A stretch of DNA of 51,086 bases. Origin: an uncultured Peptococcaceae bacterium (GTDB lineage Bacteria > Bacillota > UBA994). The translations under genes were made by a program, and so were the position numbers. The stretch covers positions 14,478 to 65,563 of the forward strand of contig CAYGHR010000001.1 in NCBI GenBank assembly GCA_964349715.1, in the 5' to 3' direction. Shown here piece after piece: positions 17,404 to 29,544 of the stretch. The notes beneath the pieces were generated by a model, which was not told the origin of the DNA, made no database searches, and saw only the letters and a list, made by a program, of their open reading frames with translations. Position 1 is the first letter of the stretch, and the number at the start of each line of letters is the position of its first letter.

Positions 17404-19383
17404 CTACTCTAATATGATATACCAACGCACCGAAGATGAACAGAGGCCGGTAATCCTTGCGCCGAGACCCGTCAGCACTTCTTGCAGAGTCTTTCTGTTC
17501 TTGGCTTTTAGCGTGAGCTGGTAACGGTAGACGTTGTTGACTCGTGCCGGCACCTCAGCCACCGGCCCGAGCGCCACTACCGCGCCACTCCCCGCACAAA
17601 GTTCCCCTACTGCTTGCGCGGCCTCGAGAACTTCCCTCTGGTCTCTGCCACGGAAGCAGAGCGTGGCGAGCCCTCCAAATGGCGGGTAAGCCAACTTCCG
17701 CCTGAGTTTGCTCTCAATACCTGCAAAGCCGCAGTAGTCATGTCGCAAAAGCAGGCGCAGGCAATAGTGTTCCGGGTTAAAGGTCTGGACGAACACCCGT
17801 CCGCGCGTGTTGCCTCGTCCGGCGCGTCCTGCCACCTGCATGAGCAAGGCGAAGCTTTCCTCCACCGAGCGGAAGTCCGGATAGGACATCCCGCTGTCTG
17901 CATCCACCACGCCGACTACGGTAACGCTAGGGAAATCTAGTCCCTTGGCAATCATTCTTGTGCCGAGTAGGACGTGGGAGTCTTGCCTGCCAAATTCAGT
18001 CAGGAGACGCTGGTGGGCTCCTTTGGCGGCAGCGGTATCGGCGTCAAGACGGGTAAAGCTAAACTCCGGGAACAGGCCGCGCAACTCCTCGGCTAGCTTC
18101 TCGGTCCCTGCGCCCCTAGTTTGGATTTGCCGACCGCGACACCGCGGGCACTCTCCTAACGCCGGCTGGGAGTAACCGCAATAATGGCACTTCAGCTGCC
18201 GTACTCCGTCATGGAGACGCAGACTTACGTCACAATGCGGACAGACCGGGATATGACCACAGTCGCGGCAGAGAGACATCTGCGCGTAACCGCGGCGGTT
18301 AAAGAGGAGGAGGGCCTGTTCGTTAGCAGAAAGGCTGTCAGCAAGAGCTTGCCGTAGCGGATTCGACAGGAGCCCCAAGAGGCCCTGCCTAAGCTCCTCA
18401 CGCATGTCCACGATTTTTATCTCGGGCAGGTGCGTCCCTTGCGGCCGCGCGGTCAACCGCAGCAGTGTCGTCGCTCCTCGCTCGGCGGAGGAGTACGCCT
18501 CCAGCGAGGGCGTAGCACTCCCCATGAGCAGGACTCCGCCTTGTTGACGTGCCCTAAGCTGCGCTACAACCCGAGTATGGTAGTTTACTCCGCCCTCATG
18601 GCGGTAGCTTTGTTCATGCTCTTCATCCATAATGATTAGCCCGAGCTGTGCCGTGGGTGCGAAAACGGCCGAGCGGGCACCCACAACTACCCGCGTCTCT
18701 CCGCTTTGCACTTTCTGCCACGCCCTGGCGCGTTCGCCGGGGGAAAGCCCACTGTGCAGCACCCCCACTTGCTCGCCAAAGCGATGCACCACATTGGCAA
18801 TAACCTGTGGGGTCAGCGCGATCTCCGGCACCAAGTAGATGGCCTGCTTCCCTTGGCAGAGCGCGAAGGAGATGGCGTTAAGATAGACCTCTGTCTTACC
18901 GCTGCCGGTTACCCCAAATAGCAAATGCGGCTTGGCTTGGCCGGTGGTCAAAGCGTGCGTGATTTGCTCTATTGCCTCTAGCTGCTCGAGTGTCAGCTGC
19001 GCCGGAGCGTAGCGAGTGAGAGTCTCATCGCGGTTTATCTGCTCCCGCTTGACCCTCTTTAGCCCACTAATCTCTTTCGCGGCGAAAGGTACCGGAAGCA
19101 TCAGGTCGATAATAGCCCCGCGCGAGCACAGATAAAAATCTGCGAGCTCCTGCGACAAGACTAGGAGCTCATGGCTTAACCACACCGCGCCGGCATACAT
19201 AGAGTCGCCAAGGCACTTCATTTCTTCGTCGTAATCCCGGGTGGCGGTGTGGCCTATTACTAAAGCGGCCCTCGTGCTACTCCCCAAAGGAACGTGCACG
19301 AGACTTCCTACAGGCGCTTCACCTTGATAAGTAAAGACTCGGTCGTAGAGCGCGGGGACATTAACCACAACTTGACTGTACAT
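17404..19383 (-). CDS. priA: Primosomal protein N' (replication restart helicase PriA)
   Basis: ORF 17404..19383. GVTGSGKTEVY Walker A, DEEHE box and Cys-rich zinc insert CRDCGHIPVCPHC..CHYCG..CPRC are present. Confidence 0.92.
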   Translation of the reverse strand: MYSQVVVNVPALYDRVFTYQGEAPVGSLVHVPLGSSTRAALVIGHTATRDYDEEMKCLGDSMYAGAVWLSHELLVLSQELADFYLCSRGAIIDLMLPVPFAAKEISGLKRVKREQINRDETLTRYAPAQLTLEQLEAIEQITHALTTGQAKPHLLFGVTGSGKTEVYLNAISFALCQGKQAIYLVPEIALTPQVIANVVHRFGEQVGVLHSGLSPGERARAWQKVQSGETRVVVGARSAVFAPTAQLGLIIMDEEHEQSYRHEGGVNYHTRVVAQLRARQQGGVLLMGSATPSLEAYSSAERGATTLLRLTARPQGTHLPEIKIVDMREELRQGLLGLLSNPLRQALADSLSANEQALLLFNRRGYAQMSLCRDCGHIPVCPHCDVSLRLHDGVRQLKCHYCGYSQPALGECPRCRGRQIQTRGAGTEKLAEELRGLFPEFSFTRLDADTAAAKGAHQRLLTEFGRQDSHVLLGTRMIAKGLDFPSVTVVGVVDADSGMSYPDFRSVEESFALLMQVAGRAGRGNTRGRVFVQTFNPEHYCLRLLLRHDYCGFAGIESKLRRKLAYPPFGGLATLCFRGRDQREVLEAAQAVGELCAGSGAVVALGPVAEVPARVNNVYRYQLTLKAKNRKTLQEVLTGLGARITGLCSSSVRWYIILE

Positions 19384-19413
19384 CTCCCTAGAAAAGTGTA
19401 GGCACGGCCTACG

Positions 19414-19611
19414 CTATTTAATGCCTTCCCGCAGGCGCTGATAGGTAATAATACCTTTGTCAATCTCTTCTAAAGCCACGGTCACTGGTTTGTCCACTAC
19501 GGGTTTCTTTTGCATCATCAGCTCTCGCGCCCGTTTGGCAGAAGCGATGACTAAGGTGTACTTGCTGTCAACTCGCCGCAGGAGCTTATCTACGGAGGGA
19601 TGGATCATCAT
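19414..19611 (-). CDS. rpoZ: DNA-directed RNA polymerase subunit omega
   Basis: ORF 19414..19611. The omega signature is DSKYTLVIASAKRAREL. Confidence 0.88.
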   Translation of the reverse strand: MMIHPSVDKLLRRVDSKYTLVIASAKRARELMMQKKPVVDKPVTVALEEIDKGIITYQRLREGIK

Positions 19612-19620
19612 TGACTCCGC

Positions 19621-19917
19621 CTACCCTTCCACTGTTTCATCTTTGTCATCTTTGTCTAACGCCTCGTCTTTGCTGTCCTTTGCATACAAGCGGTGAGCTA
19701 CCGTCTCCGGCTGGACAGCCGACAGCACTATATGGTCGCTGTCCGTAATGATAACCGCGCGTGTGCGGCGGCCGTAAGTCGCGTCAATCAGCATCCCGCG
19801 GTCGCGTGCCTCTTGCACAATGCGCTTAATGGGCGCCGATTCCGGGCTCACAATAGCAACTAGTCTATTAGCCGATACAATGTTGCCAAAGCCGATGTTG
19901 ATAAGCCTAATCTCCAT
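19621..19917 (-). CDS. remA: Extracellular matrix/biofilm regulator RemA (DUF370, YlzA)
   Basis: ORF 19621..19950. [57 protein letters not shown] at 19917. The acidic C-terminal tail is [19 protein letters not shown]. Confidence 0.88.
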   Translation of the reverse strand: MEIRLINIGFGNIVSANRLVAIVSPESAPIKRIVQEARDRGMLIDATYGRRTRAVIITDSDHIVLSAVQPETVAHRLYAKDSKDEALDKDDKDETVEG

Positions 19918-19942
19918 GCCTAATTCTCCCTTCAGCCCAAGA

Positions 19943-20821
19943 CTATTCAAGGTTCTGCACTTGCTCTCTAATTTTCTCCAACTCAGCCTTTATATCGACC
20001 GCAACTTGACTTATGTTTACATCGGCTGATTTGCTCCCGAGTGTGTTCACCTCGCGGTTCATCTCTTGCAGGTAGAAGTCTAGCTTCCTGCCGACTGCCT
20101 GCTGCTTGAGAAGCTCGCGGAAATTATAGAGATGGGTGTTAAGCCTCACCACTTCTTCGGTTATATTGGCGCGGTCAGCCCACAGTGCGACTTCAAGCTC
20201 GAGCCTGCCTAGGTCGAGTGCCGTATCTAGCGTCAGGCGCTTGATGTTTTCCAGCAGGCGCTCTCGATAGATGCCGACACTGTCCTTTGCCAAGTCGTCT
20301 ATGCGGTCTACCGAGCTCTTAATGAACGCAAGTCTCGCCACGATATCCTCACATAAACGCTTCCCCTCTTGCTCGCGAGTCAGCAACAAGTCGTTTAGAC
20401 CATCTGCAATCAGTGCTTTGGCAAGCTCGCTACTCGCATTGGCGTCAACGCTCTCCTCCTGCTCAACCGCTACCCCGGGCAGAGTCAACAGGTAATGCAA
20501 AGAGATGTGCTGCAGAGGGTCTAGCCCAAGCTCGCGAGCTAAGGCGGTGAGTTTGTCCTTGTACTCACTAAGCAGCTCCCCGTTAAACGCCACCGGCCGC
20601 GCGTTCTTCCCTTGCGTCTGCAACCTAACGGAAATTTCCACTCTCCCGCGCGCTACTTTCTCCCGCACTAGGGCCCTAATCTCTTCCTCCAGTGGCGCTA
20701 ACTCTCGCGGCAAACGCAGTGACAAGTCGAGATACCTGTGATTGATAGACCTCATTTCCACAGTGAGCAAGCCTAGCTCGCACTCACCCTGCACTCTAGC
20801 AAATCCTGTCATGCTGCGCAA
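19943..20821 (-). CDS. yicC: YicC/YloC family endoribonuclease
   Basis: ORF 19943..20959. TTG at 20821 follows GGAAGGAG and gives [10 protein letters not shown], the canonical YicC N-terminus. The C-terminal motif is [13 protein letters not shown]. The longer ORF would overlap the ATPase gene. Confidence 0.85.
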   Translation of the reverse strand: MRSMTGFARVQGECELGLLTVEMRSINHRYLDLSLRLPRELAPLEEEIRALVREKVARGRVEISVRLQTQGKNARPVAFNGELLSEYKDKLTALARELGLDPLQHISLHYLLTLPGVAVEQEESVDANASSELAKALIADGLNDLLLTREQEGKRLCEDIVARLAFIKSSVDRIDDLAKDSVGIYRERLLENIKRLTLDTALDLGRLELEVALWADRANITEEVVRLNTHLYNFRELLKQQAVGRKLDFYLQEMNREVNTLGSKSADVNISQVAVDIKAELEKIREQVQNLE

Positions 20822-20870
20822 ATCTGTTAACTCCTTCCGCGGGGCCTCCAGCCAATACACTCCTGCGAAT

Positions 20871-20898
20871 AGTATACCGTCTTTGCCCAGAGAATCAA
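20871..20898 (-). promoter_or_regulatory. Candidate sigma-A promoter for yicC-remA-rpoZ (TTGATT-N16-TATACT)
   Basis: The minus strand reads TTGATT (20898-20893, overlapping the ATPase stop codon), 16-nt spacer, TATACT (20876-20871). Confidence 0.4.
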
Positions 20899-23561
20899 GC
20901 GACCCAGTGAGTAAGGAGACGGCGCACACCGATGACGAGAGTGGGTAAGCCGGAGGCAAGCAAAACTATCCCCCAATCTGCACCCCCGAGGGGGACGTTG
21001 CCAAACAAGTCCCTAAGGAAGGGCCAGTATATTGAGACCAACAATAGCAAGGCTGATGACACCACTGCCCCAAGTAACAGGGGATTCGTGGTTAATCCCT
21101 TTTCCGCCACACCCAATGTCTCCGATCTGCAGTCAAACACGTGCAGGAGTTGGCATACTACTAAGGTCGCAAAGGCCATGGTCTGGGCTGTAGCGAGACA
21201 CTGCCGCGTCGTCAGGCTTGCGGCGAACACCAGGGCTGTGGAGAGCCCAATCAACACCCCGCGCGTCAGTATCCTGCGCGCGAGACCACGGCTAAACACG
21301 CCCTCCTGCGGAGAACGCGGCTGGCGTAGCATGACGTTTTTGTCCGCGCTGTCCACCCCGAGCGCCATGGCTGGGAGACCATCGGTAACTAGGTTCACCC
21401 ACAGAATTTGCATCGGGCGCAGAGGGAGCGGCAGCCCAACCGCCATGGCGACGAAAACAGCCAGCAGTTCCCCTACGTTGCAGGAGAGGAGGTAACGAAC
21501 AAACTTTCTTATGTTGTCATAAATGCCACGCCCTTCCTCAATCGCCTTTACAATGGTGGCGAAGTTGTCGTCCTGCAGAACTAACGCTGAGGCTTCTCGG
21601 GCTACTTCTGTTCCGCACTGTCCCATGCTCACCCCGATGTCGGCTTCCTTTAGGGCGGGCGCGTCGTTGATGCCGTCCCCGGTCATGGCTACTACAGCTC
21701 CGAGTCTGCGCAAGGCCCTCACTAAACGCAGTTTGCACTCAGGTGATACCCGTGCAAAAACATTAACCTCCGAAACTATTTTTTCTAGCTCGCCGTCATG
21801 CATGGCGCTGAGTTCCTTACCGGTCACGGCCCGAGCCTCTTTGCCCACCAATTCAATCTCACGGGCGATAGCTAGAGCTGTCAAGGCATGGTCGCCCGTA
21901 ACCATTATCACCCTAATGCCCGCCATTTTGCACTTTCTCAATGTTGCTTTAACCTCCGGCCGCGGCGGGTCATACATACCTACCAACCCAACTAAGGTGA
22001 GGCCTCGCTCTATGCTCGCGGCTTCGACTTGCTCCTGACCGCCCCTGTACTCCCGGTAAGCGACTCCCAAAACCCGAAGGCCCCTTGCGGCGAGCTCCTC
22101 GTTCTTTTTCTGCAGCATAACTAGGGCAGCGGGCGTCAACTTGTGACTGCGCCCCTGTTCCCGGTATTCGGTGCAGACAGCAAATAGGGCGTCCGGTGCG
22201 CCTTTAGTGAAGACTAGGTACCTGCCGCCTGCGTTTCTGATGACTACGCTCATTAACATGCGCTGGGAATCAAAAGGCAGTTCTTTCACCAGGCTAACGG
22301 AAGTCTCAAGCTTCGCCTTCTCTGCCGCCACAATCAGCGCAGCTTCCGTAGGGTCGCCTAGCACCGCCACCTGTTTGCCGCGCGTTACACGCGTTGCCGT
22401 GCACACTGCGCCAATGCGTAGCGCTAGGGACAGGTCAGGCGACTCTGTTGCGTCCACGCGTTTAGCTCCCAGGTAAAACTCTCCTTGCGGATTCAGTCCG
22501 TAACCTGTGACCCGGAAAACCTCACCGCCGGCCCACACTTCCGTGACGGTCATCTGATTGCACGTCAGAGTCCCGGTCTTGTCAGAACAAATGACAGTCG
22601 CACTCCCTAGCGTCTCTACAGCCGGGAGCCGACGCACCAGCGCCTTGACCTTTGCTATGCGCTGTACGCCTAATGCCAGGACAATGGTTACGATCGCAGG
22701 CAACCCTTCCGGGATCGCGGCCACAGCAAGGCTGACCCCGGCCAGAAACATGCTGTAGAGCGGTTCCCCATGGCTTAACCCCAGTACCACCACACCGACA
22801 CACACTGTTATGCAGGCGGCAACCAGATAGCGGCTTAGCTCGGCAAAGCGCTGTTGCAGCGGTGTAGGCTCATCTTTGGTCTGCAGGAGCCGAGCAATCA
22901 GCCCTACTTCCGTAGCCATACCGGTAGCCACAACCACGCCCTCGGCGCGTCCTTTGGTCGCCATAGTGCCAAAGTAGGCCATCGAAGTGCGCTCCGGCAC
23001 CCCCGCGCCCTCCGCTACGGCGTGAATATGCTTGCTGACGGGCACAGACTCGCCTGTCAACGCCGCCTCGTCCACTTCAAAGGACCAAGCTTGACCGAGT
23101 CTTACATCTGCCGGGATGCGGTCTCCCGCCGTCAGTAGCACTATGTCGCCTGGTACTAACTGGGAAACCGCTATCGTCTCCTCGGTCCCGTCCCGCCGCG
23201 CAGTGACCGTAGGTGAAGCTAGTTTCTTTAGTGCCGCCAAGGCTTTCTCGGCCCGCCACTCTTGGATGAGCCCGAGCGTGGAATTGAGCACTACTATGGC
23301 AACTATAATTACCGCATCCGCGTACTCTCCCATTAGTGCCGACACTGCTGTGGCTGCTAAGAGAACTTGCGTCATCAAGTCCCCGAGTTGTCCTAGGAAC
23401 CTCACGAAGAGACTCGGGCGAGGTTTTTCCACCAGTTGGTTTAACCCGACGTCCCGCAGTCGACGCTCGGCCTCGCGCTTGCAGAGCCCACTCTGGTTAG
23501 TGCGAAGCCGAAGCAGGACTGAGTCATAAGTTAACGCGTGGCAACCGCTTTCTCCTTGCAT
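20895..23561 (-). CDS. yloB: P-type Ca2+-transporting ATPase (YloB-like, P2A)
   Basis: ORF 20895..23561. DKTGTLT phosphorylation site, [19 protein letters not shown] and 10-TM architecture. RBS is AAAGGAGG. Confidence 0.9.
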   Translation of the reverse strand: MQGESGCHALTYDSVLLRLRTNQSGLCKREAERRLRDVGLNQLVEKPRPSLFVRFLGQLGDLMTQVLLAATAVSALMGEYADAVIIVAIVVLNSTLGLIQEWRAEKALAALKKLASPTVTARRDGTEETIAVSQLVPGDIVLLTAGDRIPADVRLGQAWSFEVDEAALTGESVPVSKHIHAVAEGAGVPERTSMAYFGTMATKGRAEGVVVATGMATEVGLIARLLQTKDEPTPLQQRFAELSRYLVAACITVCVGVVVLGLSHGEPLYSMFLAGVSLAVAAIPEGLPAIVTIVLALGVQRIAKVKALVRRLPAVETLGSATVICSDKTGTLTCNQMTVTEVWAGGEVFRVTGYGLNPQGEFYLGAKRVDATESPDLSLALRIGAVCTATRVTRGKQVAVLGDPTEAALIVAAEKAKLETSVSLVKELPFDSQRMLMSVVIRNAGGRYLVFTKGAPDALFAVCTEYREQGRSHKLTPAALVMLQKKNEELAARGLRVLGVAYREYRGGQEQVEAASIERGLTLVGLVGMYDPPRPEVKATLRKCKMAGIRVIMVTGDHALTALAIAREIELVGKEARAVTGKELSAMHDGELEKIVSEVNVFARVSPECKLRLVRALRRLGAVVAMTGDGINDAPALKEADIGVSMGQCGTEVAREASALVLQDDNFATIVKAIEEGRGIYDNIRKFVRYLLSCNVGELLAVFVAMAVGLPLPLRPMQILWVNLVTDGLPAMALGVDSADKNVMLRQPRSPQEGVFSRGLARRILTRGVLIGLSTALVFAASLTTRQCLATAQTMAFATLVVCQLLHVFDCRSETLGVAEKGLTTNPLLLGAVVSSALLLLVSIYWPFLRDLFGNVPLGGADWGIVLLASGLPTLVIGVRRLLTHWVA

Positions 23562-23597
23562 GCTGCCGCCTCCTTTACCCTCCTAAACATATTCCTG

Positions 23598-23626
23598 TTG
23601 TGCCGCAAAAATGTGCGGGTTAAGAT
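23598..23626 (+). promoter_or_regulatory. Candidate sigma-A promoter for rqcH (TTGTGC-N17-TAAGAT)
   Basis: TTGTGC 23598-23603, 17-nt spacer, TAAGAT 23621-23626, about 29 nt upstream of the ATG. Confidence 0.35.
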
Positions 23627-23654
23627 AAGGGGAGTTAGGGAGGTCGGCCTGTAT

Positions 23655-25933
<2,279 letters not shown>

Positions 25934-25937
25934 TCAG

Positions 25938-26858
25938 TTATTCGCGTCCCGCGATTCTTTGCAGCTTGCCCTGCATAGCCTTAAAATCCTCAGGCAGTTC
26001 ACTCGAAAAATCCATGCGCTCACCGGTCATTGGGTGTGTTAATGTCAACCCTGCAGCGTGAAGCATATGACGGGTAAGCTTCCACGGCGCCTTGCGCGGA
26101 CCGTAGACCTCATCGCCCACTATAGGATAACCGAGATAGGCGAGGTGAACGCGAATCTGGTGCGTACGTCCGGTCTCTAGCCTACATGTAATGAGCGCGT
26201 ACGCGCCCAGACAATCCTTTACTTGGTAGTGGGTAATAGCCACCCTTCCCTGTGGCACCACTGCCATCTCTTTGCGGCGCGTTGGATGACGTCCAATCGG
26301 GGCATTCACTGTACCGCGGGCATCTTTGGGGCAACCGTAGACAAGAGCCACATATTCGCGGCCCATTTTACGGGACGAGAGCTGTTGCTGTAGGCGTAAG
26401 AGACTCTCCGTGTGCTTGGCTACAACCAAGAGCCCGGACGTGTTCTTGTCTAATCTATGAACAATGCCCGGACGCTCTTCGCCATTTATTCCGGCTAAAT
26501 CTCGCACATGATGCAGTAAGGCATTAACTAAGGTGCCGCGTCGGTGCCCCACCGCAGGATGAACTACCATGCCGGCAGGTTTGTCCACAACAACAATATC
26601 GCTGTCCTCATAGACGACAACTAATGGCAGTTCCTCCGCCACAATTTCCGTCGCTTTTACCTCGGGCAACGAAACGGCGACACTCTGCCCTGCACGCAGA
26701 CGGTAACTATTATGCAAAACACGTCCGTCTACAGTCACTAACCCTGCCGCAATCAAGCGCTGGGCTGCGCTGCGCGTTACACTCGGGAAACGCTCGCTGA
26801 CATAGACATCTAGCCGTTTGGCGGCATCCGCAGGCGAAACAACAGGCGCGGCATTCAT
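25938..26858 (-). CDS. rluD: 23S rRNA pseudouridine synthase RluD family
   Basis: ORF 25938..26858. S4 domain N-terminus, HRLDKNTSGLLVVAK catalytic motif. ATGA-type overlap with lspA. Confidence 0.9.
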   Translation of the reverse strand: MNAAPVVSPADAAKRLDVYVSERFPSVTRSAAQRLIAAGLVTVDGRVLHNSYRLRAGQSVAVSLPEVKATEIVAEELPLVVVYEDSDIVVVDKPAGMVVHPAVGHRRGTLVNALLHHVRDLAGINGEERPGIVHRLDKNTSGLLVVAKHTESLLRLQQQLSSRKMGREYVALVYGCPKDARGTVNAPIGRHPTRRKEMAVVPQGRVAITHYQVKDCLGAYALITCRLETGRTHQIRVHLAYLGYPIVGDEVYGPRKAPWKLTRHMLHAAGLTLTHPMTGERMDFSSELPEDFKAMQGKLQRIAGRE

Positions 26859-27292
26859 CTTAATTCCGCACGCAAAATCACATAAGACAAGACTGCTGTC
26901 CCTACCACTATAGCCGAGTCTGCCACGTTAAACACCGGCCAGAAGCCCACATCGACGAAATCCACAACGTAACCGAGCCGTATACGGTCGAGAAAATTGC
27001 CGAGCGCTCCTCCTAGGACGCAGGCACTAGCCCAAACGGCACTGCTCCCGACTCGAACAATCTCCTTCCACAAGACCGCGACGGCCACCACTAGGACCAA
27101 CATGGCGCCCATGAACAGCGCTCTCTGGCGATAAAAGAGGCCAAAGGCTGCGCCAAAATTCCTGACATGTGTGAGGCTTAAGATATTTGGAACTAAGGAC
27201 AAAGTCTCGCCATACGCCATGCGCGTTACGACGAGATGCTTGCTGACCTGATCTACCACGACGATAAGCCCGATAACCAAAATGAGTAGCAT
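26855..27292 (-). CDS. lspA: Lipoprotein signal peptidase II
   Basis: ORF 26855..27292. NFGAAFG and FNVADSAI motifs, 4 TM segments. Confidence 0.9.
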   Translation of the reverse strand: MLLILVIGLIVVVDQVSKHLVVTRMAYGETLSLVPNILSLTHVRNFGAAFGLFYRQRALFMGAMLVLVVAVAVLWKEIVRVGSSAVWASACVLGGALGNFLDRIRLGYVVDFVDVGFWPVFNVADSAIVVGTAVLSYVILRAELR

Positions 27293-27321
27293 TGTTTCCT
27301 CCTGTTGCTTGGCGAAGCATA

Positions 27322-27609
27322 CTACCTAAGCTGCATCTGCACCAGCTGCACAATCTCAGCGATCACATCGCTGATCAAAGGCAGATTGAGGACTGCAATC
27401 TGTGACAGCACATAAAGCAGCAGTCCAACCAGCAGCGAACCGCCGATTGCCAAGCCCACACCTCGAGCTAGGCCCGCGACAAAATTAAGCCAAATCAAGC
27501 GCCACGGGCTGTTCATGAGTTGAACGTAGTCCGCTAGTTTTGCGCGCTCCAGCGACATGGCGACAACGCGTATGTTGTCCTCCACTGCTCTCTGAACCTT
27601 TTCTTCCAT
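27322..27609 (-). CDS. Small membrane protein, unknown function (resembles DUF5665-type proteins, from memory)
   Basis: ORF 27322..27609. Soluble N-terminus (MEEKVQRAVEDN..), then two hydrophobic helices (WRLIWLNFVAGLARGVGLAIGGSLLVGLLLYVL). Confidence 0.6.
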   Translation of the reverse strand: MEEKVQRAVEDNIRVVAMSLERAKLADYVQLMNSPWRLIWLNFVAGLARGVGLAIGGSLLVGLLLYVLSQIAVLNLPLISDVIAEIVQLVQMQLR

Positions 27610-27645
27610 TTTTTACCTTTCTCGGCTGCGATTAATTTGCCTGTT

Positions 27646-28362
27646 TTAGCCTGCAGCTCCGCTTTCTCGTCCGCAGCTCACTAAGGCTTGCGCTAAGATA
27701 GACGTAGGGTCGATAATCGGTAGCAGCGAGGATGCAGGAGAGGCCAGTAACGGCAGTTCAGTGCAAGCGGCCAGCACGGCCTGTGCACCGGTCGAGAATA
27801 ATCGCGCACACACCTCTTGGAAGCGCCTGCAGTTAACCTCGTCCACAAAACCTGCCTTTACGCTGCGCGGTCCAAAAATGAGGTCGTCGATGACTTCCTG
27901 CTCTGCGGGCGAAGGCACCATCGGCACAAGGCCCTGCGCTGTCAAGGCACGGTCATACAGCCGCGTAGCGAGGGTGGCTCGCGTCGCGGTGATGGCTACC
28001 ACTGTGCCTGCGTCAAGCTGGTGCCTCGCCGACTGTGCTGTCAGTTCAATCATATCCAGTACCGTCACGCCCAAAACGGCCTGTCGGATGGCGTCCATGT
28101 AGTAGTGCGCTGTGTTGCAGGGAATGCCGATACACTCCGCCCCTCCACGCACGAGTTTTCGAGCCCCTGCACATAGGGCGTAGGAGGGGTCCTCCCCGCC
28201 ATGCAGAATGGCGGCAGTGCGGTCGGGAATGTGCGGGTCCGACCAAATGAGCACCTGCAAATGGTCCTGGTCTCTGACGGCCGGAGTGTTCTTAAGAATC
28301 TTCTGGTAAAGGTCGATGGTCGCCTGCGGACCCATGCCGCCCAATATACCGATAACACGCAT
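27646..28362 (-). CDS. Aspartate/glutamate racemase family protein (aspartate racemase / RacX-like)
   Basis: ORF 27646..28362. IGILGGMGPQAT is present, with two catalytic Cys contexts (IPCNTAHYY and AACTELPL). The ATG sits 1 nt after the divIVA stop. Confidence 0.85.
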   Translation of the reverse strand: MRVIGILGGMGPQATIDLYQKILKNTPAVRDQDHLQVLIWSDPHIPDRTAAILHGGEDPSYALCAGARKLVRGGAECIGIPCNTAHYYMDAIRQAVLGVTVLDMIELTAQSARHQLDAGTVVAITATRATLATRLYDRALTAQGLVPMVPSPAEQEVIDDLIFGPRSVKAGFVDEVNCRRFQEVCARLFSTGAQAVLAACTELPLLASPASSLLPIIDPTSILAQALVSCGRESGAAG

Positions 28363-28363
28363 G

Positions 28364-28825
28364 TTACTGGTTTAACTTATCCCAATCGCTAGCACCGATC
28401 ATTTCCAGTTGTGCTTGCAGCAATGCGCGCAGACGCCCGCGGAATATTTCTGCCTGTTTTTGCACCTCTTGGTACTCACTGGCCATTCTTCGCGACTTGG
28501 CAATTGCCTCTTCCACTATTCTTTCTGCCCTCACCTCAGCCTCTTTAACCAGCAGCTGAGCTTCCTTGCGCGCCGAGTTCTTTACTTCTTCGGCCGTCTC
28601 TTGTGCTACCACTAAAGCCCCATGTAGTGTCTGCTCTAACTTGTAGTAATGCGTTAGTTTGTCTTCTAGTTTGGCTACTTGCTCACGACTCGTAGACATC
28701 TCCTTCAAGCTACCTTCGTAGTCGCGGGTAACTTGGTCCAGAAAATCGTCGACTTCCTCGGTATTGTATCCTCTCATGGTGCGCTTAAACTCTTTCTTGT
28801 TGATGTCCTGCGGTGTCAACGGCAT
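28364..28825 (-). CDS. divIVA: Cell division/polarity protein DivIVA
   Basis: ORF 28364..28825. MPLTPQDINKKEFKRTMRGYNTEEVDDFLDQV, followed by coiled coil. Confidence 0.92.
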   Translation of the reverse strand: MPLTPQDINKKEFKRTMRGYNTEEVDDFLDQVTRDYEGSLKEMSTSREQVAKLEDKLTHYYKLEQTLHGALVVAQETAEEVKNSARKEAQLLVKEAEVRAERIVEEAIAKSRRMASEYQEVQKQAEIFRGRLRALLQAQLEMIGASDWDKLNQ

Positions 28826-28838
28826 AGCTGTTCCTCCT

Positions 28839-29090
28839 TTATAGATATCCTAATAACTGTCTCAAGATGCTCGCCAGCAACAAAACAACAATGGGTGAAA
28901 CATCAAGGTACACGCTGCCTAGGCGCACCAAGCCAAAAGCCCTGCGTACGGGCGCGAGCAATGGCTCAGTCAGGGCATAGACGTAGCTTAACGGAGGGCG
29001 GCTGCCGTCCATTGGCATAAAGGAAGCTATCATTCTAAAGAGCATTAACCAATAAAATACCTCGTACGCTATTGAAAACACTTGCTGCAT
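28839..29090 (-). CDS. yggT: YggT/YlmG family membrane protein
   Basis: ORF 28839..29090. Two-TM YggT pattern (..ASFMP.....PL..Y.LTEPLLAP.RR). Confidence 0.85.
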   Translation of the reverse strand: MQQVFSIAYEVFYWLMLFRMIASFMPMDGSRPPLSYVYALTEPLLAPVRRAFGLVRLGSVYLDVSPIVVLLLASILRQLLGYL

Positions 29091-29091
29091 G

Positions 29092-29544
29092 TTAGTCCCC
29101 CTTCTTCATGCCGACGCGCTTGCCGGGCACCTCTTCCTCATACACCTCGCCCGTCACATTGTCAATCTGCACGCTAGCGGGAGCGGAGAGAAAAATCCAC
29201 TCGCTCACTTTCTGCATGCGGCCACCCGAGCCGTAGGTGGCCCCGGACATAAAGTCCAGCACACGCTGACGACTCTTTTGCTCACACACGTCAAGATTAA
29301 GTATAATCGGCCGCCTGGCCTTGATATGTTCTACGACACTAGGCACGTCGTCAAAGCTGCGCGGCTGAATGACTACTACGCGCAACTGCTGACGCTTACT
29401 CAGGTCGACAACTTGCTGCGGACGACGATTAGGGACCACCGCTTGGTCGTACGGGTCAGCCTGCTCCTCGCGGAGCTCCTCCTCCTCATCCGTGTCAAAA
29501 CCAAAGAAGTCCAGGGTTTTCTTCCACAAACTTTTACCTGCCAT
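29092..29544 (-). CDS. sepF: Cell division protein SepF
   Basis: ORF 29092..29586. ATG at 29544 gives MAGKSLWKKTLDFFGF. The core is VVVIQPRSFDDVPSVVEHIKARRPIILNL. Overlaps yggS by 11 nt. Confidence 0.9.
   Translation of the reverse strand: MAGKSLWKKTLDFFGFDTDEEEELREEQADPYDQAVVPNRRPQQVVDLSKRQQLRVVVIQPRSFDDVPSVVEHIKARRPIILNLDVCEQKSRQRVLDFMSGATYGSGGRMQKVSEWIFLSAPASVQIDNVTGEVYEEEVPGKRVGMKKGD

Noticed and set aside
20822-20959. Long N-terminal extension of yicC overlapping the ATPase 3' end
   Set aside because: The canonical YicC N-terminus (MRSMTGF) begins at TTG 20821 with a good RBS. The extension would overlap yloB by 65 nt and cover the candidate promoter.
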